Shown piece by piece: positions 36,177 to 48,166 of a stretch of DNA of 64,000 nt. Position numbers and translations under genes: made by a program. Origin of the DNA: Octopus vulgaris (lineage: Eukaryota); the NCBI GenBank assembly GCA_951406725.2, contig OX597824.1, positions 14,198,001-14,262,000 on the forward strand, given 5' to 3'. The notes under the pieces are model-generated. The model ran no database searches, was not told the origin of the DNA, and saw only the letters and a list, made by a program, of their open reading frames with translations. Numbering within the stretch: the stretch's first letter is position 1; every line of letters starts with the position of its first letter.

Positions 36177-36521
36177 ACAGAAGCAATGTTATTGTAACTG
36201 ACTGGTGAGGCAATGAGCTGGCAGAATTGTTGCTATGCTGGACAAGATGCTTAGCAGCATTGCCATTCGTCTTTATGTTCTGAGTTCAAATTCTGCTGAG
36301 GTCGATTTTGCCTTACATCTTTTAGGAATCAATAAAATAAGTACCAGTTGAACACTGGTGTCATTGTAATCGACTAGGCCTCTCCCACCAAAATTTCAGG
36401 CCTTGTGTCTATTGCAGGAAGAATTTTTAAAACTGACTGATCTCATCAAAATATTCTTATTCAATATAATATTACTTAACATTTCGATTGTCAGAATATA
36501 AAACGGAATAGGTGGATATTA

Positions 36522-36552
<31 letters not shown>

Positions 36553-37938
36553 ACACTAACACTACCACCATCTCTACCACTGTGACAAATACTGCTACCA
36601 GTTGGTTACAGGTTACAGTAGCTATTCAATATCAGGTCTAAGTTAAGGTGGCAAGCTGGCAGAATCGTTAGCGTGTCAGGCGAAATGCTAAGCGGTATTT
36701 TGTCTGTCTCTAGATTCTGTGTTCAAATTCCACTGAGGTTGATTTTGCCTTTCATCCGTTCAGGGCCAATAAATTAAGTAGCAGTTCCATACTGGGGTCG
36801 TTCTAATCAACTGGCCCCCTCCCCCAAAATTTCGGGCCTTGTGCCTAGAGTAGAAAAGAATATCAAATCACGGTTGTACCAAATGTATTCAGGCAACATT
36901 TATGTACGTGTGGAGAACTGTTGTGCCTCAGTTCTGCATATATTTGTCACCCCTGCAGTGACTCCCTCTACACATTTCTAAATCTTCTACCAATGTGGTA
37001 GTTCAGTCTCTTTTCCTGAACCACTAAGTTACAGACATAGACACACACACACAAACAAAACCACTTACACATATGTATATATACACTAGGTGTAATTGTG
37101 ACCCATTGGGTCAAAATCACTTCTACTTGAATATGTCGATGTACAATGGTGAAGGAAAAAATGTTATTTGCCCTCAAAACTTCATGTAATAAACTCAAAA
37201 CTTCATGCAATAAAACAGTTCTCCTGCCATTGGTGTGACAACATAAACACAACCAAATCTTTCTTCTTTGAAAATATTCACACAGCCTTCAAATTTTTTC
37301 CTTGCTTTCTTTTTGCTATTCTTTGTTATTACTGTTCAAAGTGAAATACATGGGTACCTAAGCATAAATAATGTTTTTGCAAATTCATCAGCAATTCACA
37401 ATGAAAAGAATTCTGTCAATGTTGTTCTCATGTGTCGTTCACTGACAGCCATATATAACCTTATTATTTCTCAGCAATATTCTTTGTTCATCTGCTAGCT
37501 GAACTTGCAGTTTCAATTTTGTAGGTGCTCTTACTGGGTCGTTGTTTACCACCACCACCACCCACCCAGATACTCACCAGTCACAGCATTACCCAACCTC
37601 ACACCTCTTGGCAATACCCTGACCTCTGTACCACAGGGGTATGACCCAGCACCCTCAACCATTTATTTCTCTCTTCCTTATTCTACCATCCCATCAATAC
37701 TCTGATCCCTGTTCCTTGCAAGTGTACCCTAGCACCTCGCTGCCATCTCTCTCCTACTCTCACTTGCATTCCTGTCATCTCCCAGCCACTCTCTTTTTCC
37801 CTTATTTTTCCCTCTGGCTGACAAACCAAGTATCACTTTTACTGCTGCACACCTCTTTTTGTCCTCTTTCTCCTTAACTCTCTCTCTCTGGCTGGGTAAC
37901 CATGTACTTCCTCTTCCTAAGCACACCTGTTTCTTATT

Positions 37939-38338
37939 TACTTTCTCTTTTACTTGTTTCAGTCATTTGACTGCGGCCATGCTGGAGCACCGCCTTTAGT
38001 CGAGCAAATCGACCCCGGGACTTATTCTTTTGTAAGCCCAGTACTTATTCTATCGATCTCTTTTGCCAAACTGCCAAGTGACGGGGACGTAAACACACCA
38101 GCATCAGTTGTCATGCAATGCTAGGGGGACAAACACAGACACACAAACATATGCACACATATATATACATATACATATATACGACAAGCTTCTTTCAGTT
38201 TCCGTCTACCAAATCCACTCACAAGGCTTTGGTCGGCCCGAGGCTATAGCAGAAGACACTTGCCCAAGGTGCCACGCAGTGTGACTGAACCCGGAACCAT
38301 GTGGTTGGTTAGCAAGCTACTTACCACACAGCCACTCC
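37939..38338 (-). mobile_element. SINE family A copy
   Basis: Reverse complement of the consensus. Confidence 0.85.
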
Positions 38339-38340
38339 CA

Positions 38341-38590
38341 CATTATTTACAGGTGACAGACATTTGTCCTCAACTTGTATTGTTGTTAACACAACATTTC
38401 GGCTGATATACCCTCCAGCCTTCATCAGGTGTCTTGGGGGTATTTCAAACCTGGGTTCTCATTCCTAAGGTATTTTTTGATGGTGTTATTTTTATTAATT
38501 TTGTATTATTATTATTCAGGTCACTGCCTGGATCGAACTTGGAATCTTGGGGTTAGTAGCTCGCGCTCTTAACCACTGTGCCATATGCAC
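38341..38590 (-). mobile_element. tRNA-headed short element ending in a PLE-type hammerhead
   Basis: Minus strand: box A TGGCACAGTGG (38583-38573), box B AGTTCGATCC (38539-38530), hammerhead motif at 38433-38388. Confidence 0.6.
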
Positions 38591-38932
38591 GTTTCTGCAC
38601 ACATTTTTGATTTCTCTCTCTCTCCTTCTCTTGCTCTTCCCTCCAGCTAGGCAATCATGTGTCTCCTTTACTGCAGTACAACTCTCCCGTTATTTCTCTT
38701 ATCACCTCTCTCTCTCTCTCTCACCCGCTCCCTCTCTCTTTCTTTCTCTCCCTCTTTCTCTTCCCCCTCTCTCTCTGGCTGAGTAACCTTCTACATCCTC
38801 TATACCAAGATACCCATATCTATCTCTCTGTCACACTAACTGTTCATCATCTGACACAAAATCACCTCCCCCAATGTCTCCTCCCCTTTCAAATGAACTT
38901 TGTCCTGCACAGTTACTTGCAAAGTTAGGTAC

Positions 38933-38970
<38 letters not shown>

Positions 38971-39343
38971 TTATAGGTATTAGTTAGCTCCCTTTCAACC
39001 CTGCCAGAAGACCCCTTTTCACTTACACCGTCGGTAGCATTATGTATACAAATGCATACATACGTGAGAAAAAATATGCTTAATTAAACGAGGTAACACG
39101 CACCTAAATAATACTCACCCCGCTCTAAATTACCCAACAAAACCAACCAATCTACCAAAAGCAAATCTATACCCAGTGAATTTACCAAACAAAACCAACC
39201 AATCTACCAAAAGCAAATCTATACCCAGTGAATTTACCAGTGCAAGAACAAAATTTCAACGTAAGAATTACCAATTTGTTTACATTACCCTCACCTATGT
39301 ATCGATTATTTTCGCTTCCGAACCGATACATCTATCTATATTC

Positions 39344-39394
39344 GCCTTCTGAAGAGATTTGCTTGCTCCAGTAAATCGAAACGATCGCAAATGC
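39344..39394 (+). ncRNA. Degenerate PLE-type hammerhead motif
   Basis: CTGAAGA + stem II GATTTGCT/AGTAAATC + GAAA + palindrome CGATCG; the UH site and stem I are damaged. Confidence 0.5.
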
Positions 39395-39730
39395 TACCTT
39401 TGTCTCTGCTTTTTCCTTCTTTGTTACCTATTAAATTAAACACATACCAGCGGAAACCACCAGTTTACCGTTATTGTATCCATTTACTTTTCTTTTATAT
39501 ATATATAAGTGACAAAGGGAGGCAGATAAAATCTGCCTTTTATAATAAGAGATATATATATATTATTTTATGTAGAAAAATACAAACTGGGACAAGAACG
39601 TAAAACATTTAGAAGACGATACAAAAAACACGGACGGGACATTCCTACGATTAACATATGGGAGATTCTGATTATGCAATCACACCTGTATGACCTAGAA
39701 AAAGAAAAAAGTCACCCTGGTACTAATTAA

Positions 39731-39890
39731 GAAGAGTGGTCCTGTTGCGCGCGCTCGCGCATCCGCGCTGGCTAGTCGGGACTAAAGTCAATAAATTTTT
39801 TAAACAAAATATATAAAACACAAAGTAAGGATCGACTAGTCACGACTAGCTGGCGTGGATGCTCGGGTGCGCACACCGGGACCACTCTTC
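39731..39890. mobile_element. TTAA-flanked MITE (Kolobok-like termini)
   Basis: TTAA at 39727-30 and 39891-94; ~60-bp imperfect TIRs starting GAAGAGTGGTCC / GGACCACTCTTC. Confidence 0.75.
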
Positions 39891-39894
39891 TTAA

Positions 39895-41495
39895 ATAGTA
39901 CCCATGATTTTTAAATTGTTTGCAATACTCATCAAATTTGTTGAAATTCGAAAGTTCCATGAATTTAAACTCTTCTAAGGATGAATATCGTGCTTTTATT
40001 TGGTCAACTATTGTACTGATAATTTTGTTATAAAGCATTTTATAATGTCGTTGGGGCTCAATAGATATATTCTTGGATCTCTGAATTCCGATTCCTGCAT
40101 CGACTCCATATTTTTCCCCCCTGGTTCAGTCCCACTGCGTGGCACCTTGGTCAAGTGTCTTCTACTATAGTCTCGGGCCGACCAAAGCCTTGTGAGTGGA
40201 TTTGGTAGACGGAAACTGAAAGAAGCCCGTCGTATATATGTATATATATGCGTGTGTGTGTGTTTGTGCGTCTGTGTTTGTCCCCCTAGCATTGCTTGAC
40301 AACCGATGCTGGTGTGTTTATGTCCCCGTTACTTAGCGGTTCGGCAAAACACACCGATAGAATAAGTACTGGGCTTACAAAATAATAAGTTCCGGGGTCG
40401 AGTTGCTCGATTAAAGGCGGTGCTCCAGCATGGCCGCAGTCAAATGACTGAAACAAGTAAAAGAGATTGAAAAATTATCAAGTTTGTTTTCGAGTACAGT
40501 TCTAGTTTTATCTATTTGATCTTTACAATACACTATGTCATGACTTTTACTCTGGAGGATGTTAAATAAGAAAAAAATCTCACGGAATACTTCTAACAAA
40601 AATAAGAAATCAGGAGCTTTTAAAGTGTGTAAGAATCCAATTGCTGAATTTATGGTGGTATCATCCCATGCTTCAGGATTTTCAATGATGTGCTCAAAAA
40701 GGCTGATTATGAAATTATAATTTTCCTTTGTGGTAATAATAAGCCGTGAGGAGTAATTCCATTGCAGTTGCCTTCGGAAATCTTTTTTTAAACAATGTTA
40801 TCTAATGCATTAGCCCTTTTCGGTGTTGGTCTCCCACCATTTATAATTAATTATTTTCCATCAAATTCTCCTTTCGAAAAACTTTTTCTCAAAATATCGT
40901 TTATAACACACATTTCACTCATTTCGTAAAAGGCTGTTCTTATATACGAACACACACGTGGAAGCGCCGGCGTGAATTGTAAGTCAATTTCAACAAAACA
41001 GAAAGATACAGAAAGTGGGTATCATGCTGTCAGCTCATAGCATGACATGCCACTGAGAGAGAGAGGAAGGGGGTACAAAATATTATGAGCGACTTTCCTC
41101 CTAGCATCCTATCAATTATCTAAGAGAGAGAGGAAGGAGGGAAAAACTATGAGACAGAGAGGGAGGTCATGCAGGTCTTCCCACAGCATGATGAGCCACT
41201 AAGAGAAAGAGGAAGGGGGTAAAAATATTTCATATGCCCTATCCTCTTAGCATGTCTTTTAAACAGTCACTAAGAGAGAGAGAGAGAGAGGAAGGAAGGA
41301 CAAACTGAGACAGAGAGGGAGTGTCTGACATGCTGGTCTTGTCAATGCATGACTTCTAAAAGCAGAAGTAGAGTCACTGAGAGAGAAGGGGAGACAAAAT
41401 ACAACTGGACTATTTTATCTACTTTTCCTATCATATGGATAAAAAAATCACAGGGCATGCAACGCATACCTTGCATACCTGAGAGTGCACGCCTG
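39895..41495 (-). mobile_element. hAT (ZMYM1/Zaphod-like) transposon remnant with SINE A insertion at 40122-40465
   Basis: LFNILQSKSHDIVYC and YNKIISTIVDQIKARYS segments; subterminal repeats at 41050-41400; CAGGCGTGCAC terminus at 41495. Confidence 0.65.
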
Positions 41496-41506
41496 AAATA
41501 TATATA

Positions 41507-41792
41507 TCACATGACCAACCAGACCATCAGATGTTCTTACACATCGCTGGTCACAATGCGTTTGCATTGTTTTCGCCTTCGAATGACGCCACCCCGCTGG
41601 CTAAGCGAGCAGGCCAACAGAAGAAAGAGTGGTGAAAGAGTACAGCAGGGATCACCATTCCCTGCCGGAGCCTCATGGAGCTTTTAGGTGTTTTCGCTCA
41701 ATAAACACTCACAACGCCCTGTCTGGGAATCGAAACCGCGATCCTGCGACCGCGAGTCCACTGCCCTGACCACTAGGCCATTGCACCTCCAC
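41507..41792 (-). mobile_element. SINE family B head with a different 3' tail
   Basis: About 170 bp shared with the 5' half of 18451-18832, then an unrelated tail. Confidence 0.75.
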
Positions 41793-41986
41793 ATATATAT
41801 ATATATATATATTTCTGTGAGAGTTAGAGGTTGGGAAGACAACCAACTAAGGGATAGTACCTATCCAATATACTACATTGTTACTACATATGTATATACT
41901 CTTCTAATGCTTTTGAATAAATAGACACACAGGAATGTCTACCTGCTGATGTATGTCATTTGGGATCCTCTCTATTTTCTCTTATT

Positions 41987-42059
<73 letters not shown>

Positions 42060-42068
<9 letters not shown>

Positions 42069-42310
42069 TTAGAGACAAAACCACTATTTTGCAAAACAAA
42101 CGAGGAAAGACTTAATCAATACATAAAATTTTAATAAAAAGTAAAAAATAAAAAATAAAAATTAAAAAATAAAAAGTAAAAAATAAAAAGTAAAAAACAA
42201 AAAAATAAAAAGTAAAAAATAAAAAATATATTTTATTAAAATTTTATGTATTGATTGAGTCTTTCCTTGTTTCTTTTGCAAAATAGTGGTTTTGTCTCTA
42301 ATTAATATTA
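42060..42310. repeat. ~80-bp-arm inverted repeat between (TA)n tracts
   Basis: 42060-42140 vs 42230-42310 are near-perfect reverse complements around an A-rich spacer. Confidence 0.85.
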
Positions 42311-42387
42311 TATAATATTTTACTATAAAATTGGATTTAATCCTAAATCTGATTTTTTTTCCCTGTAAATTTGGATTTATTCCCTAA

Positions 42388-42533
<146 letters not shown>

Positions 42534-42591
42534 CTTTGATAGGTTTCGCCATTATTGGCCCAGGCCATGTCTAACTTAATAGCACCACCTG

Positions 42592-42659
<68 letters not shown>

Positions 42660-42712
42660 GTTTAAATATTTGTTGTGCAAGATTTTTTATGTGAAGTCGT
42701 GTGTTGAAACAG

Positions 42713-43020
42713 ATATTGTTATATTTCGGAATGGTCATATTGCCAGTTTAGCCAATAAAAACACACGCACTATATATTTGGTGTTATTTTGCTTCAGTGA
42801 TATTTATTTTTTACATTAATCTTAATCTTATTTCGGCCAAAGTTCTTTCGTCACACTCCTGTGACCGCATCAGTGGTCCTTTGTTTTCTTCTCACTTACT
42901 TGTGTCTCTCCTTACTAACCGTCAGCCATTTTGTATTTCTATTGTATGTCTTCATACAAATATATAGTGCGTGTGTTTTTATTGGCTAAACTGGCAATAT
43001 GACCATTCCGAAATATAACA

Positions 43021-43024
<4 letters not shown>
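42713..43024. repeat. 68-bp inverted repeat enclosing a degenerate hammerhead (PLE terminus)
   Basis: 42713-42780 vs 42957-43024; minus-strand CTGATGC-G-GTCAC..GTGAC-GAAA at 42835-42879. Confidence 0.75.
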
Positions 43025-43054
<30 letters not shown>

Positions 43055-43055
43055 G

Positions 43056-43178
<123 letters not shown>

Positions 43179-43428
43179 ATATATATATATGTATGTATAT
43201 ATATCCCTTCTCTCTCTTTGGGAGAGGCACAAGCACCTACACGTACATGTACACACACGGCAGTAACTTCCGCCTGCCGAATTCAATCACAAAGCTTCGG
43301 TCGGCTCGGGGCTATAGCAGAAGACACCTACCCAAAGTGCCACGCAGTGGGACTGAACCCGAAACCATATAGCCAGGAAGCAAGCTCCCTAACCACACAG
43401 CCATGCCCGCGCCTACATTTATATATAT

Positions 43429-44619
43429 TGTTACGAAACGGACTGGAATCGCCCGCCGTCGTCGCTCGTCCCGAACGGCTCACACAAGTTCCGCCACGAA
43501 ACCCAAAGAGGCGGAGAGAGGAGATACAGATAGATACTGCCACAACCTCAACAGCACAGAGATACAGAGGCACAACCCGAGATACAACCCAAAGAGGCAA
43601 GGCAACAACTGGCAACACTGGCTTATATTCAAACAACAGTTTATACGACAATTAATTGCTACACATCAAATACATCAAAGCATGCACGTGACTACTCAAT
43701 ACATAATACAACAGATCAATGCATAATACAACATCAAGTAACAATATAACAGTGTTCAGTAACGACACAACAAGTCCAGATCAAATAATGTTCACGATAC
43801 GTCACAGTCCAATCAGAACACTTCGATACATTATACAATGTTCGTATCACAACAATTCACGTTACAATTCAACAAGTCCTTTACTCAATTCACAATGTTC
43901 TTTATCGACTACATCGACAGAGTCCTTCTTTTTCTCTCTCTTTCTTCTCTTTCTTTTCTTTTACAGTCTCTTTACCTCGTGACACATATCAATACACAAT
44001 CAATACAATTAAATACCTTAATTGAATCTGCCAGTGTCCCATTCCTCTCAATCCTGCTAAATCCTCTGAATACTCTGCTAATTCCCCTCTGTGCATATTC
44101 CAATCGCTTGCTCCTAGGCCTCCTCGCATCCCAGCTCGCTCCCAGGAATTCCAACGCTTGCTCCTTAAATCCGAGGTTCCATCCACTCGCTCTGACCTCC
44201 AGAATCCGTCCGTGTTCTTCGACGACCGCTTAACGACTGCCAAGACCTCACTTCGTCTCTGTGCTTCTTCCACTCCCTCATCTCCCTCTGTGCCGCTCAT
44301 ACCCTCTCTAACTGTCCCTTAGTCTTATACTCTATCTCTCTCATGACAGCTCTACCATACTCTCTGCCTGTCCTTCTCTCCCACTGTCAATACCCTCTCC
44401 ATCTGCTCTTAGATTCCCTTAATCTGTCTTCCTCTCTCACATTCTCACTGACCCTTTTCTCAACCGCACGAGGTCACAGGTCATTCCAAAACCCATCAGT
44501 CCTCCATTAGACAAAGAACCCGTCACATTTCACCAGACATCATGGTGCCATTATTCCTATGTGGGTCACCAGAAACACTACACTAATTAAACCCGAAATG
44601 CACTTAGCCAACCGTAACA
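43429..44619. mobile_element. Solo LTR (Gypsy-like), ~1.19 kb
   Basis: TGTTACG...CGTAACA termini with ATAT on both sides (within a TA tract); no recognisable coding content. Confidence 0.75.
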
Positions 44620-45045
44620 ATATATATAAATATATATGAGGTTAACATTGTCTATTAATGACCAGTTTATATTTATATCAGTAACATTCTCTCTTAAAAT
44701 TCAATTTTGCATAATAGAGACATTCTGTTTCATCTTCAAGTATTACAGAAGAAGTATATATCTTGTCTTGCTTGTACTTTAAATATAGATTTTGGTGGTT
44801 TTTACTTTTTTGCATTTTACTGTATAGAACTGCATTTTTTTGTTAGCCAATTTCCTTTTAATGGATATAACTTTGATCTCTTGAAGTTGCATCTGTCTTC
44901 AATTGTGACTTTCTCTTATATATAGCTATTTAAATCTTGGATGCTGAGCATTTTGCCTCTTGTACAGCTATGGACATAATTGCCATTCAGTAAATAACAT
45001 GATACTCATTTCTTTGTTTAGGTCACAGAATATCCAGTGAGAAAG

Positions 45046-46572
45046 ATGAACACAATGAGAACATTCAAACTCAGCTTCTTCTATTTAAGTCTATTATCAA
45101 TAAACCAACCAAGCAAAGCTGATAATATACTTTTCCTTGCAATGCCCGCTTTCAGTCATGTTCAAAACCAAATTCATACAGCGATGAAATTGAATGCATA
45201 TGGCCACACAAGTTACTTCTCATTGCCACCTAAACTGATAACTGCTTTCAAGAATAAAGATGGTATTAAATTCATTCCTATTAAAGAAGACCAAAATGTA
45301 ACTTCATTTGTTGAATTAGCAATCAAATTCTTTTTAAGAACAGAAGAAATTAGCTGGCTTCAACTAATACAGGTGACAAAAAATATGTGTGACAACTTCC
45401 TCTTAGACAATGATTGGTATCATTCTATAAAAGAACTAAATGCCTCTTTGGCAATTGTAGATTCTGCTTTCTTTAGTCAGTGTTTAGCTATTGTCCCATA
45501 TAGGCTATCAATTCCATTTGTATTTCAGGGTTTGGTTTTTGGACCACCTTCTTTAAGGAGAGTTCCTTGGAATCCAGCCGTGTTTCCAGTACTTGATTCT
45601 AAATATTCTGATAAAATGACATTTTTCCAAAAGCTTAAAAACACTATTGCAACATATGGCTTTTATATCACTTCCCCCTTGGCTCCCCCATCAAAGAGTG
45701 TCAAGGAATATGCCCCAGAAAAAAATGATATACCATTTGAAAGCGTTTTACGAAAAGCTCAGTTATTCTTAACTGAGAGTGATCTGTTACTGAGTTATCC
45801 AAAACCCAGTCTCCCTTCTGAAGTATTTATTGGTGGAGTAGCAACTCATCCTGCATTGCCTCTACAAGGTGACATAAAGGAGTTTGTTGAAAGGTCTAAG
45901 CATGGAATCATCGTTGTTACCTTTGGAAGTTACATAAATGCGCTACCAAAAGAGCATATAGCGAAAATGGAGAAGGCTTTTAAAGAAATAAAGTATGATG
46001 TCATTTGGAAACGACCAGACTCAATGCAATTATCATCAAACATCCTCATAAAACAATGGCTGCCACAAAATGATCTTTTGGGTTATCCAAAAACAAAACT
46101 CTTCATTACACATTGTGGAAATAATGGTCAGTTTGAGGCTCTTTATCATGGAGTTCCAATGCTCGGATTTCCGATATTTGCAGATCAGTTTCACAATGGC
46201 CATCAAATGCACGTAAAGGAATATGGAATTTCTATGGATATATATAATTACAATAAAGATGAACTTGTATCAAACATTAACGAACTGATTGAGAATTCAA
46301 AATATAAAACTAATATAAAACTTGCCAGTGAAATATTTCATTCCCGTCCAGAACACCCAGCAGAAAGGGCTGCTCGGCATGTAGACCATGTGATAAAGTA
46401 TGGCGGAGATTATTTAAGATCGCCCTCTCAAAATATGCCTCTTTACCAATTTCTCATGCTGGATATCTATGCTACATTTCTGGCTATAATCATAGCTGTT
46501 GTGTTGGTTGTTAAGCTTGTGGTTTCAAAATGTTATCGATGTTGTTTTGCGAAAAAGAAGAAAACGGAATAA
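45046..46572 (+). CDS. UDP-glycosyltransferase paralog 3 (508 aa)
   Basis: Same architecture as paralog 2; signature WLPQNDLLGYPKTKLFITHCGNNG..FADQ. Confidence 0.96.
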   Translation: MNTMRTFKLSFFYLSLLSINQPSKADNILFLAMPAFSHVQNQIHTAMKLNAYGHTSYFSLPPKLITAFKNKDGIKFIPIKEDQNVTSFVELAIKFFLRTEEISWLQLIQVTKNMCDNFLLDNDWYHSIKELNASLAIVDSAFFSQCLAIVPYRLSIPFVFQGLVFGPPSLRRVPWNPAVFPVLDSKYSDKMTFFQKLKNTIATYGFYITSPLAPPSKSVKEYAPEKNDIPFESVLRKAQLFLTESDLLLSYPKPSLPSEVFIGGVATHPALPLQGDIKEFVERSKHGIIVVTFGSYINALPKEHIAKMEKAFKEIKYDVIWKRPDSMQLSSNILIKQWLPQNDLLGYPKTKLFITHCGNNGQFEALYHGVPMLGFPIFADQFHNGHQMHVKEYGISMDIYNYNKDELVSNINELIENSKYKTNIKLASEIFHSRPEHPAERAARHVDHVIKYGGDYLRSPSQNMPLYQFLMLDIYATFLAIIIAVVLVVKLVVSKCYRCCFAKKKKTE

Positions 46573-46895
46573 ACAGAAGCAATGTTATTGTAACTGACTG
46601 GTGAGGCAATGAGCTGGCAGAATTGTTGCTATGCTGGACAAGATGCTTAGCAGCATTGCCATTCGTCTTTATGTTCTGAGTTCAAACTCCATCAAGTTTG
46701 ACTTTGCCTTTCATCCTATCAGGTCGATAAAATAAGTACCAGTTGTATTCTGGATTTATTGTAATCGACTACTACCCTCACCCCAAAATTTCAGGCCTTG
46801 TGCCTATTGTAGAAAGGATATTTAAAACTGACTGATCTCATCAAAATATTCTTATTCAATATAATATTTCTTAACATTTCGATTGTCAGATTATA

Positions 46896-48166
46896 TCTGG
46901 CTGAGTAAAAAGTAAGCAACGTTTTTGAAACATGAAATTTGCCACAATATATTTCAACAATGGGGAAATTTTATTCATCAGAGTAAGTAGCATTACAATC
47001 AACACATTTTAGCCAACGAATTACAAGTTTGTTTATTCCTGTAACATAAAAATGCGGAGTTCTGGGACTGGTGAACTCTTTGAATATAATTTCAGCATCG
47101 GCTTGATTTTTGAACTCCCACAGGAAAATATCAAGGTGCTTATAAAAGTGGCAGGCAGTAGGAGAAAGGTCTGAGGAATAAGCTGGGTGGGGGGGAACTT
47201 TGTAGCCAAGTTCCCTCAACTTCAGGAGTGTCATTAGTGAAATATCTGGTCAAGCATAGCCTTGAAGAATGATTGGCTCTCTTCTGTTGACCAGTCTGGG
47301 ATGGAGGAGTAGCAGTTTTTCATTCAATATAGCGACTTCATGGCAATATGTTTCTGCAATAATGGTTTTTTCTGGTTTTTAAGAAGTTATAGTCGATAAG
47401 TCTAGCAGTACAGCACCAAACACTCTTTTTGAAGGGCTCGGGTTTAGAGAAGGTTTTCTGTGCTTCATTTTGGTCCAACCACTGTGAAGAACATTTTTTA
47501 TAATTGTACAGAATCCACTTTTCATCACAAGTTACAAAATGGTTGAAGAATGGACAGCTCTAGCAACAAAGAAGTGACAAGCAAATTTTATATCTGCACA
47601 TTTTCTGATTTTCATTCAAATCATGTGGTATCCATTTGTCAAGCCTTTTGTGATTTTCCAATCGCATGCAAATGGTTGCAGGCAGTTTCCTAGCTAACTG
47701 GAAGTTCTTTTGCCTGTTCTTGAGTGGTTTTATGTGGATCTTTCTTAATGACTGTCTTTTATTGACCATCATCGATGACAGCTGGGCATCCATTATGCTC
47801 GCAATCTTCAAAGCTCAGGTCTCCACCAATAGATCGGTTAAACCATTTTCGAGCTGACCACTCACTGGTCATTTCCTCACCAATCATTTCTTTGATATTG
47901 CGAGCAGTTTCAGCTGCTTTACATCCTTTTCCGAAGTTGAATTGCAAAATTACTTGAACTTCACACTCTGACAGTTCCATTTCAGATGTTTGTAACAACA
48001 GTGAAAAGTATATCACTGTAAATTTATTGATGCATTTGGGCAATTCTATGTCTTTATTATCAGACGGTTGCAAAAAAAAATGTTTAAAAAGAAATTCAGA
48101 ACTCTGCAAATATCTGGTACAAATTCTTCATGGTTCAAAACGTTGCTTACTTTTTACTGAACCTGA
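46896..48166 (-). mobile_element. Full-length decayed mariner element
   Basis: TA TSD; TIRs TCTGGCTGAGTAAAAAGTAAGCAACG / CGTTGCTTACTTTTTACTGAACCTGA; WIPHDL and HPAYSSDLSP motifs. Confidence 0.92.

Noticed and set aside
38520-38590. Functional tRNA gene (and other tRNA-like heads in the window)
   Set aside because: Acceptor and anticodon stems do not pair properly; these are SINE heads.
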